Origin: Burkholderiales bacterium | GTDB lineage: Bacteria > Pseudomonadota > Gammaproteobacteria > Burkholderiales > Burkholderiaceae_C | Length of the DNA stretch: 64,000 nucleotides | Direction: 5' to 3' | NCBI GenBank assembly: GCA_031411875.1 | Contig: JANOBX010000043.1 | Coordinates: forward strand, 12,513 to 76,512 | Shown: one piece after another, positions 10,510 to 19,965 of the stretch | How the letters are laid out: every line of letters begins with the position of its first letter | Numbering within the stretch: position 1 is the stretch's first letter | Notes under the pieces: model-generated | The model's database searches: none | What the model saw: only the letters and a program-made list of their open reading frames with translations | What the model was told of the DNA's origin: nothing | Position numbers and translations under genes: made by a program

Positions 10510-12357
10510 TCAGCCCTGCACCGCGGCGCCGGCGCGCTCGTTCAGCACCAGCCGCTCGAAAGCCGATTCGATGTCGCGCACGATCTGCGGCACGTCGAAC
10601 AGCGGACTCGTGCGCGCGTGTTCGGCCAGGTAGCGCTTCAGCGAGGCCACGCGCGCCGGCGTGCGGCCCAGCGTCACGGCCAGGCGTTCGTAGTCGGCCA
10701 GGCTGTCGGTGACGAGGTCGGGCAGGCCCACGGCGTGGAGCAGGCTGCCCGCCATGCGGCTGATGTAGGTGCGGCCGACGCGGGTGAGGATGGGCGTGCC
10801 CATCCACAAGGCGTCGCTGGCGGTGGTGCCGGCGTTGTAGGGGAAGGTGTCCAGCACCAGGTCGGCCAGCTGGAAGCGCGCCAGGTATTCGGCCGGCGAG
10901 ACGCGGGGGGCAAACACTAGGCGGCCGCGCGCCACGCCGGCGGCGTCGGCGGCGTTCAGCATGTTGTGGCGTGCGGTGTCGTTGTCGGCCAAGAGCCACA
11001 GCACGCTGCCGGGCACGGCCTGCAGCACGCGCAGCCAGGCCGCAAACATCTCGGCGGTGAACTTGTGGTTGTTGTTGAAGCTGCAGTAGACGAAGGCGTC
11101 GTCGGGCAGGCCGTAGGTGCTGCGCAGCGGCAGCGGCGCCACCTGGCGCTGGCGGTCGCTGACCTGGAAGCAGTTGGGCAGGTAGACGGGTTGTTCGGTG
11201 CAGTACGGCAGCAGTTCGGGCGGCATCACGAAGCGGTCGGCCAGCATCCAGTCGACGCCAGGCAAGGCGCTGGTGCCGGGCAGGCCGAGGTAGCTCACCT
11301 GCACCGGTGCCGCGCGCCAGCCCAGGATGCCCGGCCGGGCACCGCTGGTCAGGCCCTGCAGGTCCACCAGCACGTCGATGCCGGCCTGGGCGATGAGCTT
11401 GGCGGCGGTGTGGTCGTCGACACCGGCCAGGCGCACGTGGTGGTCCAGGCTCTTGAGAATGCGCTGGCGCTGCGGCTGCTGCGATTCCGGGGTCCAGTCG
11501 AAGGCCCAGACCTCGAAGCGGCTGCGGTCGTGCAGCTCGAACAGCTCGGCCGTGAGCAGGCCGACCGCGTGGGTGTGCAGGTCGCCGCTGAGATAGCCCA
11601 CGCGGATGCGGGCGGCCTGTGACCGGTCGCGCGCCGGCCCCTGGCCGTGCAGCGGCAGCACTCCGGTGGGCTTGGCCACGCGTTCGTGCACGAAGCGCTG
11701 GGCCGTCAACAGCTGCAGGGCGGGGTCGTCGCTCAGGCCCATCATCGCCAGCAGCGAGGTGCCCAGCAGGAACTGGTTGGGCGTGACCTCGCCCACGGGC
11801 AGGTCGTGCGGCCAGGCGCACTGCTTCTGGCGGATGTGCACGTAGTGCTGGATGACGTCGAACTGGCCGGCGCGCAGCGCCAGGCTGCGGCGCATCAAGG
11901 CTTCGGACTCCGGCAGGCGCTTGGCGCCTTCCAGCATGCGCGCGCTGTTGTTCAGCGCGTGCAGGCGGTGGTCGAGGGCCGGCGCGGGAACGGCATCGAA
12001 CACCTGGCGCCAGGTGGCCAGCGCTGCGTCGACCTCGCCACGCCGTTCGTGCACGTGGCCCAGGTTCAGGAGGGCCGGGGCGAAACCCGGGGCGAAGTCC
12101 AGCGCGCGTCGGTAGGCGGCTTCGGACTCGTCTTCCCGACCCAGCGTCGACAGCACCGTGCCCCAGTTGAAGCAGGCCACGTGACGCAGGGGCGAACCGC
12201 TCGTTTCGACCCACTCGGCGTACAGCTCCGCCGCCTGGGCGGGCTGACCCGCGGCCTGCAGGGCAGCGGCCCGCGCCATCAGTTCAGGCAGGGTGAGCGT
12301 GGCCACGTCGGCCCCAGTGGGTGCCGCCGGCGCCGGCTGTTCGGTGGTGGTGTGCAT
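10510..12357 (-). CDS. TPR-containing GT41 glycosyltransferase (OGT/SPINDLY-like)
   Basis: N-terminal TPRs; GYLSGDLHTHAVG, DLQGLT, APVQVSYLGLPGT, SFNNNHK, LDTFPYNAGTTASDALWMGTP. Confidence 0.9.
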   Translation of the reverse strand: MHTTTEQPAPAAPTGADVATLTLPELMARAAALQAAGQPAQAAELYAEWVETSGSPLRHVACFNWGTVLSTLGREDESEAAYRRALDFAPGFAPALLNLGHVHERRGEVDAALATWRQVFDAVPAPALDHRLHALNNSARMLEGAKRLPESEALMRRSLALRAGQFDVIQHYVHIRQKQCAWPHDLPVGEVTPNQFLLGTSLLAMMGLSDDPALQLLTAQRFVHERVAKPTGVLPLHGQGPARDRSQAARIRVGYLSGDLHTHAVGLLTAELFELHDRSRFEVWAFDWTPESQQPQRQRILKSLDHHVRLAGVDDHTAAKLIAQAGIDVLVDLQGLTSGARPGILGWRAAPVQVSYLGLPGTSALPGVDWMLADRFVMPPELLPYCTEQPVYLPNCFQVSDRQRQVAPLPLRSTYGLPDDAFVYCSFNNNHKFTAEMFAAWLRVLQAVPGSVLWLLADNDTARHNMLNAADAAGVARGRLVFAPRVSPAEYLARFQLADLVLDTFPYNAGTTASDALWMGTPILTRVGRTYISRMAGSLLHAVGLPDLVTDSLADYERLAVTLGRTPARVASLKRYLAEHARTSPLFDVPQIVRDIESAFERLVLNERAGAAVQG

Positions 12358-12583
12358 GGGGCCGCGGTGCGGGATGACAGTTGTCTCGCATGCTAGGCAG
12401 CCCTCGCGGGCGGCAGCAGGCGAACAGCACCCCGAAAGGGGGCCTGTTCCCGCGCCAGCCCCCATGGGGAGGATGGGTCGGCGGTCGACGGCTGGCTAGC
12501 GTCCGCCGACTAACGCCCCAGTTGAACCTGTTTCGACCACCCTGCCGCGGGCAACGGCCTGCGGCACTTGCCCTGGAGATCCC

Positions 12584-13300
12584 ATGTTCTTGCGCAGCCC
12601 TCTCATCCTGGCCACTTTGCTTGCCGCCGCCCTGCTGGCGGGTTGCGCCGCACCGCCGCAGCCGCCGGTGGATATCGGGGCCGAATACTTCACGCCGGGC
12701 AAGGCCAAGACCAGCCGTGTCGGCGTCGTCATGGCCGACCTGCCCAAGCCGGATACCGCTTTCCCTGGTGCCGACTGCCTGCTCTGCATCGCATTGGCCA
12801 ACGGCGTGCACAGCAAGCTGTCGGCCGAGGTGCAAACCTTCAGCACCGCCGAGCTCAAGCCGCTACCCGCCGACCTGGTGGCCGCGCTCAAGGCCCGTGG
12901 GCAGGACGCCGTGCTCATCGACGACGGCCCGCTCGACATCGTCGCCCTGCCCAACCTGCCGTCTTCCAGCGACGGCACGAACAAGGCGCGCAAGGACTTC
13001 TCGTCGTTCAAGACCAAGCACGGCGTCGACCGCCTGCTGGTGGTGCACATCAGCTCACTGGGCGTCTGGCGCTCCTATTCGGCCTACATTCCCACCGCGT
13101 TGCCGAAGGCGGTGCTCAACGGCACCGTGTCGCTGGTCGACCTGAACACGAACACGCTGGACTGGTACCTGCCGCTGGCGCTGTCGCGCGAAGCCGACGG
13201 CGCCTGGGACGAACCGCCTAAGTACCCAGGCCTGAGCAACGCCTACTACCAGGTGCTGGAAAGCGCCATCGACATGATCAAGAAGCCGCTGGCCAAATGA
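12584..13300 (+). CDS. Hypothetical lipoprotein
   Basis: LLAGC lipobox; GADCLLC motif; RBS GGAG. Confidence 0.8.
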   Translation: MFLRSPLILATLLAAALLAGCAAPPQPPVDIGAEYFTPGKAKTSRVGVVMADLPKPDTAFPGADCLLCIALANGVHSKLSAEVQTFSTAELKPLPADLVAALKARGQDAVLIDDGPLDIVALPNLPSSSDGTNKARKDFSSFKTKHGVDRLLVVHISSLGVWRSYSAYIPTALPKAVLNGTVSLVDLNTNTLDWYLPLALSREADGAWDEPPKYPGLSNAYYQVLESAIDMIKKPLAK

Positions 13301-14211
13301 AGCGCTGCCATGCGAAGAGCGCGGCGGCCCTCGCCGAGGTCCTGGCCTGGGCCCTGGTCGCCAGCGGCGCTGCAGCCGCCGCACCCAACGTCGACGCACC
13401 CACCGCGGCAGTGCCTGCAGCCCCGGTTTGGTGGCGAGCACCGGCGGCCAGCACCGTACCCTGGCGCGGCATGCTGGAGACCGATGGCGGAAGCGTGGGC
13501 AGCGGCACGCAGATCGGTCCCTACCCCGTGGCCGGCGCCGCCGGCCTGCTCGTGGCGGTGCTGACGCATGCCGCCATCTCGCAGACGGCACAGGCCAGCG
13601 AGCGCCAGCGCGCGCAGGAAGCCGCAGACCGCGTGCTGGCGCCCCACCAGGCGGCGTTGCAGGCCTGGCCGGCCGAACGCTTGTGGGCCAGCGCTGCACC
13701 GCTGGTGGCCGGCCTGAGGCTGTGGACGGACACCGGCACGCCCGCGGCCGGGGCGAGCATCGAGACCCTGCCCGTCTACACGCTCAGCCAGGACGGCAGC
13801 GCCTTGCAGCTCGACGTGGCCGTGACCTGGACGCCTGGCGGCACCACCGCGGCCCGACGGCTGTCGTTGCGTGTGGTGTCGGCCCCGCAGATCCACGAGG
13901 ACGCTGCCGCGTACTGGCAGGCCAATGAATCGACACCGCTGAAAGCCACCGCCGCCGCCCTGCTGGCCCATGCGGTGCAATTGGCTCTGCAGCACGCGGA
14001 AACACCTGTTTCGACGGAAACCATGCGCACGCACCGCTACCTGCACGGCAAGGCCGAACGCGCCGAGCGTGCTGAACGACTGGGCGGTGACTGCGCACGA
14101 GTGGTGCTGCGCAACCTGCGCGGCTGGCTGGTGTCCGTGCCGGTGCGCCAGGCCGAAGGCAGCACCTGCGAAGCCACCGCCAGCTTGACGATGCCAAGCG
14201 ACCTGCGCTGA
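13297..14211 (+). CDS. Hypothetical exported protein
   Basis: ATGA overlap with the upstream lipoprotein; signal-like N-terminus; fills the gap to the convergent TRAP gene. Confidence 0.7.
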   Translation: MKRCHAKSAAALAEVLAWALVASGAAAAAPNVDAPTAAVPAAPVWWRAPAASTVPWRGMLETDGGSVGSGTQIGPYPVAGAAGLLVAVLTHAAISQTAQASERQRAQEAADRVLAPHQAALQAWPAERLWASAAPLVAGLRLWTDTGTPAAGASIETLPVYTLSQDGSALQLDVAVTWTPGGTTAARRLSLRVVSAPQIHEDAAAYWQANESTPLKATAAALLAHAVQLALQHAETPVSTETMRTHRYLHGKAERAERAERLGGDCARVVLRNLRGWLVSVPVRQAEGSTCEATASLTMPSDLR

Positions 14212-14215
14212 TCGC

Positions 14216-15547
14216 CTACCGGTTCATCCAGCCCATCGACGAAGGCAGCCAGGTGGCGATGGCGGGAAACAGGAACACGATCACCACCGCACCCAGCTGC
14301 AGGTAGATGAAGGGCCAGACACCGCGGTAGATCTCGCGCGTCTGCACTTCCGGCGGTGCCACGCCACGGAAGAAGAACAGGCTCCAGCCCACCGGCGGCG
14401 TGAGGAAGCTGGTCTGCATGTTGATGCAGATCAGCGCCGCCAGCCAGACCATGTCCACGCCCTGCGACACGAAGTAGGGCAGGAACAACGGCAGCACGAT
14501 GTAGCTGATCTCGGCCCATTCCAAAAGCACCCCGGCCAGGAACAGCACCGCCATGAAGAACAGGATGTCGGTGGTGGTGCCGCCGGGGATGAGGTCGAAC
14601 AGACCCTGGATCAGCCGCTCGCCACCGAGCCCGCGGAAGGCCAGGCTGAAGGCCTGCGCGGTCATGATGACGAAGAAGATCATCACGCTCGTGGTCAGCG
14701 TGTCGCGGCAGGTGTCGCTCAGCACCTTCATGCTGAGCTTGCCGCTCAAGCCCACGATGAGCAGTGCGCCCAGCGCGCCAATGGCCGCCGCTTCGGTGGG
14801 CGCGGCCACCCCGCCCATGATCGAGCCCAGCACCGCGCACACCAGCAGCAGCGCCGGTGCCACGCCCTTCACCAGCCGGACCAGGAGCTGCCCGCGCGAC
14901 AAGGCGTCGCGCTCGGAAGCCGGAATGGGCGGCGCCTTTTCGGGGTGGCGCCAGGCGTAAACGAGGATGTAGACGATGTACATGCCGCCCAGCATCAGGC
15001 CGGGCATCAGCGCGGCCGCGAACAGCGTACCCACCGATTCGTTCATGATCTCGGCCAGCAGCAGCAGCACCAGGCTGGGCGGGATGATCTGGCCCAGCGT
15101 GCCGCTGGCGCAGATGGTGCCCGCGGCCAGGCCGTGGTCGTACTTGTACTTCAGCAGCGTGGGCAGGGCGATCACGCCCAGCAGCACGATGGTGGCCCCG
15201 ACAATGCCGGTGGTGGCCCCCATGATGACGCCGAAGATGACGATGCCCACGCCCATGCCGCCGGGCACGCGGCCGGCGATGTGGCCGATGACCTCCAGCA
15301 TGTCCTGGCCCAGGCGCGACTTCTCCAGCATCACGCCCATGAACACGAACATCGGCAGGGCCAGCAGCGACTGGTCGGTGGCCACGCCGTAGATGCGCGC
15401 GGGCAGCAGGTTGAACAGGCTGTCGCCGAAGCCGATGAAGCCGAAGACGATGCCGGTGACCGCTGCCGCGTAGGCCACCGGCACGCCGATGAGCAGCACC
15501 ACGACGAAGGCCACCAGCATGGCCAGGGCCAGGTATTCAGTGCCCAT
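14216..15547 (-). CDS. TRAP transporter large permease (DctM)
   Basis: LLALPMFVFMG, SGTLGQIIPPS, QTSFLTPPVG; about 12 TM. Confidence 0.93.
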   Translation of the reverse strand: MGTEYLALAMLVAFVVVLLIGVPVAYAAAVTGIVFGFIGFGDSLFNLLPARIYGVATDQSLLALPMFVFMGVMLEKSRLGQDMLEVIGHIAGRVPGGMGVGIVIFGVIMGATTGIVGATIVLLGVIALPTLLKYKYDHGLAAGTICASGTLGQIIPPSLVLLLLAEIMNESVGTLFAAALMPGLMLGGMYIVYILVYAWRHPEKAPPIPASERDALSRGQLLVRLVKGVAPALLLVCAVLGSIMGGVAAPTEAAAIGALGALLIVGLSGKLSMKVLSDTCRDTLTTSVMIFFVIMTAQAFSLAFRGLGGERLIQGLFDLIPGGTTTDILFFMAVLFLAGVLLEWAEISYIVLPLFLPYFVSQGVDMVWLAALICINMQTSFLTPPVGWSLFFFRGVAPPEVQTREIYRGVWPFIYLQLGAVVIVFLFPAIATWLPSSMGWMNR

Positions 15548-16070
15548 GGTCTTCCTTCGCCGCGACGGGCGCCGCTGCGCCGGCCAGGCGTGCACCGGTG
15601 CGCACCACGGTGGTCACGGCCACGACGGCCAGCAGGGCATAGCCCGACACCACCAGCGACTTGATGGCCCAGCGCCAGGGCATGCCGCCTGGGTCAGGCG
15701 AGATTTCGGACATCGAGAAGGAATGCGCCGTGAACTTCCAGCCCAGCCAGCACACGAACAACGAAAAGGGAAGCATCACCAGCAAGGCCGTCAGGAACTC
15801 GATCCACAGCTTGGTGCGTTCGCTGTAGTGTTGATAGAACAGGTCCACGCGCACCTGCGAACCGCTGAGCTGCATGCTGGAGATGCCCCACAGTGCCACC
15901 ACGGCCAGCAGGTGCCATTCCAGTTCCTGCAGCCACACCGTGCTGGCGTTGAAGAAGTAGCGGCCCAGGGTGTTGCCGCTGATCAGCAACACCATCGCCA
16001 GGGTCAGCCATGAGGTCCACCGGCCGATGCGGTGGATCACCGCATCGGCAGCATCTGCCAGACGCAACAT
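15537..16070 (-). CDS. TRAP transporter small permease (DctQ)
   Basis: WLQELEWHL, VRVDLFY, EISPDPGG; 4 TM. Confidence 0.9.
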   Translation of the reverse strand: MLRLADAADAVIHRIGRWTSWLTLAMVLLISGNTLGRYFFNASTVWLQELEWHLLAVVALWGISSMQLSGSQVRVDLFYQHYSERTKLWIEFLTALLVMLPFSLFVCWLGWKFTAHSFSMSEISPDPGGMPWRWAIKSLVVSGYALLAVVAVTTVVRTGARLAGAAAPVAAKEDHGH

Positions 16071-16076
16071 CCCGGC

Positions 16077-17171
16077 TCAACCGCGCGAACGCGACAGGAA
16101 GGTTTCCTCGCTGATCTCGGACCAGCGGTCGTGCTTCTTCTTGAAGGTGAAGAAGGAGTCGTGCACCTTCTTCGTCATCGCGTCCTTCGCGGCGGCTTCG
16201 TTCAGCACGTCGGCCGTGGTCTTGCGCAGCGCCGTCACCACGTCCTCGGGCAGGGTACGCACCACCACCTTGTCGCGGTTGACCAGCTGGTCCAGCGCGT
16301 CGGCATTGCGCGCTTCCAGCAGGAACAGGCCCTCCTGGTTGGTGGCGTCGGCCGCGGCGCGCACCACTTCCTTCAGGTCGGCCGGCAAGGCGTCCCAGAT
16401 CTTGCGCTGCATCACGATTTCCGACACCGTGCTGGGCTCGTGCCAGCCGCTGCCGTAGTAGTTCTTGGCGGCGTTCTGCAGGCCCAGGCGGGCGTCGAGG
16501 AAGGGGCCGACGAATTCGGCCGCGTCGATGACGCCACGCTCCAGCGCCGGGAAAATCTCACCGCCGGGCAGCTGCCGCACTTCCACGCCCTGCGCCGCAT
16601 AGATGCGGCCGGCCAGGCCGGGGATGCGCATCTTCAGGCCCTTCAGGTCGGCCAGGCTCTTGATCTCCTTCTTGAACCAGCCCGTCATCTGCACGCCCGA
16701 GCAACCGGCTGCAAAAGGCATGACGTTCAGCGGCTTGTAGACCTCTTCCCAGAGCTGGTTGCCGCCGCCGAACTGCAGCCAGGCGTAGTGGCCTAGGAAG
16801 CTCATGCCGAATGGCACGGTGGCGAAGTACTGGGCGGCGAAGGTCTTGCCCGACCAGAAGTAAGACACGCCGTGGTTGAGTTCGACCGTGCCGCTGGACA
16901 CCGCGTCAAAACCTTCGAAGGCCGGCAGCAGTTCTCCGGCTGCGAAGACCTGGATCTTGATACGCCCGCCGGACATCTTGTCGCAGCGCTCGGCGAAGGC
17001 CTGGGCGCTGCCCGGCCCCACCTGGTAGAACGGCAGGCCCGCGGGCCAGGTGGTGGTCATGCGCCAGCGGTAGGTCTGCTGGGCCTGGGCCAGGGCGGGT
17101 GCCGCCAGTGCGCCGGCCAGGCCGGCTTTCAGGGCGGTGCGGCGTTGGCCGGCGAAGCGTGAAGTGCTCAT
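16077..17171 (-). CDS. TRAP substrate-binding protein (DctP, TakP-like), Tat-exported
   Basis: RRTALK Tat signal, WRMTTTWP, QMTGWFKKEI, MRIPGL, DAAEFVGP, GWHEP. Confidence 0.92.
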   Translation of the reverse strand: MSTSRFAGQRRTALKAGLAGALAAPALAQAQQTYRWRMTTTWPAGLPFYQVGPGSAQAFAERCDKMSGGRIKIQVFAAGELLPAFEGFDAVSSGTVELNHGVSYFWSGKTFAAQYFATVPFGMSFLGHYAWLQFGGGNQLWEEVYKPLNVMPFAAGCSGVQMTGWFKKEIKSLADLKGLKMRIPGLAGRIYAAQGVEVRQLPGGEIFPALERGVIDAAEFVGPFLDARLGLQNAAKNYYGSGWHEPSTVSEIVMQRKIWDALPADLKEVVRAAADATNQEGLFLLEARNADALDQLVNRDKVVVRTLPEDVVTALRKTTADVLNEAAAKDAMTKKVHDSFFTFKKKHDRWSEISEETFLSRSRG

Positions 17172-17222
17172 GTCGTCTCCAGGAACTGTGGGTGAAGGCG
17201 GGTGGGTTCGGTGGGAATGCGG

Positions 17223-17690
17223 TCAAAGCCCGAGTTCGCTCAGGCCGGGGTGGTCGTCGGGCCGGCGGCCCAGCGGCCAGTGAAAGCGCCGCTCGGTCTT
17301 GGCGATGGGCTGGTCGTTGATGCTGGCGTGGCGCTGTTCCATCAGGCCCTGGGCGTTGAACTGCCAGTTCTCGTTGCCGTGGCTGCGGAACCAGTGGCCG
17401 GCCTCGTCGTGCCACTCGTAGACGAAGCGCACGGCGATGCGCGAGCCCGCGCAGGCCCACAGTTCCTTGATCAGCCGGTAGTCGAGTTCACGCGCCCATT
17501 TGCGCACCAGGAAAGCGTGCACCTGCTCGCGTCCGACCGGAAACTCGGCCCGGTTGCGCCAGCGCGTGTCGGCCGTGTAGACCTGCACCACGCGGTCGGG
17601 GTCGCGCGAATTCCAGGCGTCTTCGGCCATCCGCACCTTCTGGCGCGCCGCGTCCTCGGTGAAGGGCGGCAGCGGTGGCTTGCTGTCCAA
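17223..17690 (-). CDS. DUF1348 / NTF2-like (SnoaL) family protein
   Basis: [42 protein letters not shown]; TTG start. Confidence 0.9.
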   Translation of the reverse strand: MDSKPPLPPFTEDAARQKVRMAEDAWNSRDPDRVVQVYTADTRWRNRAEFPVGREQVHAFLVRKWARELDYRLIKELWACAGSRIAVRFVYEWHDEAGHWFRSHGNENWQFNAQGLMEQRHASINDQPIAKTERRFHWPLGRRPDDHPGLSELGL

Positions 17691-17704
17691 GTGCGTTCCA
17701 GGCG

Positions 17705-18148
17705 TCAGTAGGTCTTGTAGGGCAGGAACTTGCCGCTCATGGTGATGGCCACGCGGTCGCCCGCGGCATTCGGCTCGCGCTGCAAGTCCATCCTGAAGTC
17801 GATGGCCGACATGATCCCGTCGCCGAACTCTTCGTGGATCAGTTCCTTGAAGGTCGTGCCGTAGACGCTGACCAGTTCATAGAACCGGTAAATCAGCGGG
17901 TCGGTGGGCACGCTGGTGGGCAGGCTGCCCTTGTAGGGCACGACCATCAGCCACTTCTTTTCCTCGCTGGTCAGGCCGAAGATTTCGCCGACCACGCTGG
18001 CCTGCTGCTCGGTCAGGGTCATCTGGCCCATGCAGGCGGCGGTGACCCATTCCTTGCTCAGGCCCACCTGCTGGGCCACGTCGGACCACTTGATGCCCTT
18101 GCTGACCTTGGCGGTGATGATCTTTTCGGTGACGTCGATGCGGCTCAT
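17705..18148 (-). CDS. cynS: Cyanase (cyanate hydratase)
   Basis: [32 protein letters not shown]. Confidence 0.97.
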   Translation of the reverse strand: MSRIDVTEKIITAKVSKGIKWSDVAQQVGLSKEWVTAACMGQMTLTEQQASVVGEIFGLTSEEKKWLMVVPYKGSLPTSVPTDPLIYRFYELVSVYGTTFKELIHEEFGDGIMSAIDFRMDLQREPNAAGDRVAITMSGKFLPYKTY

Positions 18149-19050
18149 GCAATTCTCCTCAGGGGAATGGGTTCGACCACGGGGCTGGGTCGGGACGGGG
18201 GTTCGGGTTCAGGGTCCATCCCCGGCGTGACGACCGGGGGCTGCGCCGGCGCGCGGCCGTGCGACAAGTCCTTGCTGCGGGCCACCAGGAAGTCGACCAG
18301 GTGGTTGCGGATGCGGTAGTACTGCGGGTCGTGATGCAGGGTGGCGCGGGTGCGGTCGCGCGGCATCGTGTTCTTCACGATCTCGGCCACGCGGGCCTGC
18401 GGGCCGTTGCTCATCAGCAGCATGCGGTCGGCCAGCAGGATGGCTTCGTCCACATCGTGCGTGATCATGAACACGGTCTGGTGCGTTTCCGAACAGATGC
18501 GCAGCAGCTCGTCCTGGATCGTGCCCCGGGTCAGTGCGTCGAGTGCACCAAAAGGCTCGTCGAGCAGCAGCATGCGCGGCTGGATGGCAAACGCCCGGGC
18601 GATGCCCACGCGCTGCTTCATGCCGCCGCTCAAGGCGCTGGGCTTCTTGTCGATGGCCGAGGCCAGGCCGACCAGGGCGACGTACTTCTCGACGTGCTCG
18701 TTCACCTGCGCCCGGCTCCAGTCGGGCCACCTGCTGCGCACCGCAAAAGCGATGTTCTTGCGCACCGTCAGCCAGGGCATCAGCGCATGGCCCTGGAACA
18801 CCACGCCGCGGTCGAGGCTGGGGCCGGCGACCTCGCGGTTGTCCATGAACACATGGCCCATGGTGGCGCTTTCCAGCCCGGCCAGCACGTTCAGGATGGT
18901 GGTCTTGCCGCAGCCGCTGTGGCCGATGATGCAGACGAACTCGCCCTGGTGGATGCCGAAGTTGACAGCGTCGAACACCGGCTCGGGCGAACCCGGGAAG
19001 GCCTTGCCCAGGCCTTCCACCTTCAGGAATGGGGTGGCTTCAGTCGACAT
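18145..19050 (-). CDS. Nitrate/cyanate-type ABC transporter ATPase (CynD-like)
   Basis: GHSGCGKT, LSGGMKQR, DEPFGALDALTR, THDVDEA; ATGA overlap with cynS. Confidence 0.92.
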   Translation of the reverse strand: MSTEATPFLKVEGLGKAFPGSPEPVFDAVNFGIHQGEFVCIIGHSGCGKTTILNVLAGLESATMGHVFMDNREVAGPSLDRGVVFQGHALMPWLTVRKNIAFAVRSRWPDWSRAQVNEHVEKYVALVGLASAIDKKPSALSGGMKQRVGIARAFAIQPRMLLLDEPFGALDALTRGTIQDELLRICSETHQTVFMITHDVDEAILLADRMLLMSNGPQARVAEIVKNTMPRDRTRATLHHDPQYYRIRNHLVDFLVARSKDLSHGRAPAQPPVVTPGMDPEPEPPSRPSPVVEPIPLRRIA

Positions 19051-19954
19051 AGGTCACCGCCTTCTGCAGACGCGCAAACATCATGTCGAGCAGCATGCCC
19101 ACGACACCGATGACGAGGATGGCGAAGATGACGTTCGGCAGGCTGAGGTTGTTCCACTCGTTCCAGACGAAGTAGCCGATGCCGGTGCCGCCCACCAGCA
19201 TCTCGGCGGCGACGATGACCAGCCAGGCAATGCCCATGCTGATGCGCATGCCCGTGAGGATGGTGGGTGCCGCCGCGGGAAGGATGACCTCGAAGGCCTT
19301 GCGCAGCGGGCTCACCTCGAGCGTTCGCGCCACGTTCAGCCATTCCTTGCGCACGCTGGCCACGCCGAAGGCGGTGTTCAGCAACATCGGCCAGATGCTG
19401 CAGATGAAGATGACGAAGATGCCGCTGATGGCGCTGTCCTTGATGATGTACAGCGCCAGCGGCATCCAGGCCAGCGGCGAGATCGGCTTGAGCACCTGGA
19501 TGAACGGGTCGAGCGCGCGATACATCAGCGGGCTCATGCCGATGACGAAGCCCAGCGGGATGGCCACCAGGGCCGCCAGCAGGTAGCCCAGGCCCACGCG
19601 GGCCAGCGAATGCCCCAGCTGCAGACCCAGGCCCTTGTCGTTCGGGCCGTTGTCGTAGAAGGGGTCGCTGAGGTGATGCACCGCCGCGCTGCCCATCTGC
19701 GCCAGGGTGGGGAATCCGCTCTTGCCCACGGCAGAGGCGTCCGCCATGCCCGCCGGGTCCTTGCCCATGAGCTTGGCGTACTCGATCTGCTCGGGTGTCA
19801 TGGCCGCTGCCGGGGCTGCGGGTGCCACCGCCGGTGTGCTGGTGGCCAGATGCCACACGCCCAGGAACAGCAGCAGCAGCAGCACCGACAGCAGCGTGGC
19901 TTTCAGTGATTCGCGGCGCGCGGTGGCCCGCGCGTTCAGGGTGGCGGCGTTCAT
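19040..19954 (-). CDS. Nitrate/cyanate-type ABC permease (CynB/NrtB-like)
   Basis: PFYDNGPNDKGLG, KPISPLAWMP, WLVIVAAEML, GYFVWNEWN. Confidence 0.92.
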   Translation of the reverse strand: MNAATLNARATARRESLKATLLSVLLLLLFLGVWHLATSTPAVAPAAPAAAMTPEQIEYAKLMGKDPAGMADASAVGKSGFPTLAQMGSAAVHHLSDPFYDNGPNDKGLGLQLGHSLARVGLGYLLAALVAIPLGFVIGMSPLMYRALDPFIQVLKPISPLAWMPLALYIIKDSAISGIFVIFICSIWPMLLNTAFGVASVRKEWLNVARTLEVSPLRKAFEVILPAAAPTILTGMRISMGIAWLVIVAAEMLVGGTGIGYFVWNEWNNLSLPNVIFAILVIGVVGMLLDMMFARLQKAVTYVD

Positions 19955-19965
19955 CGCTCCGGTGC

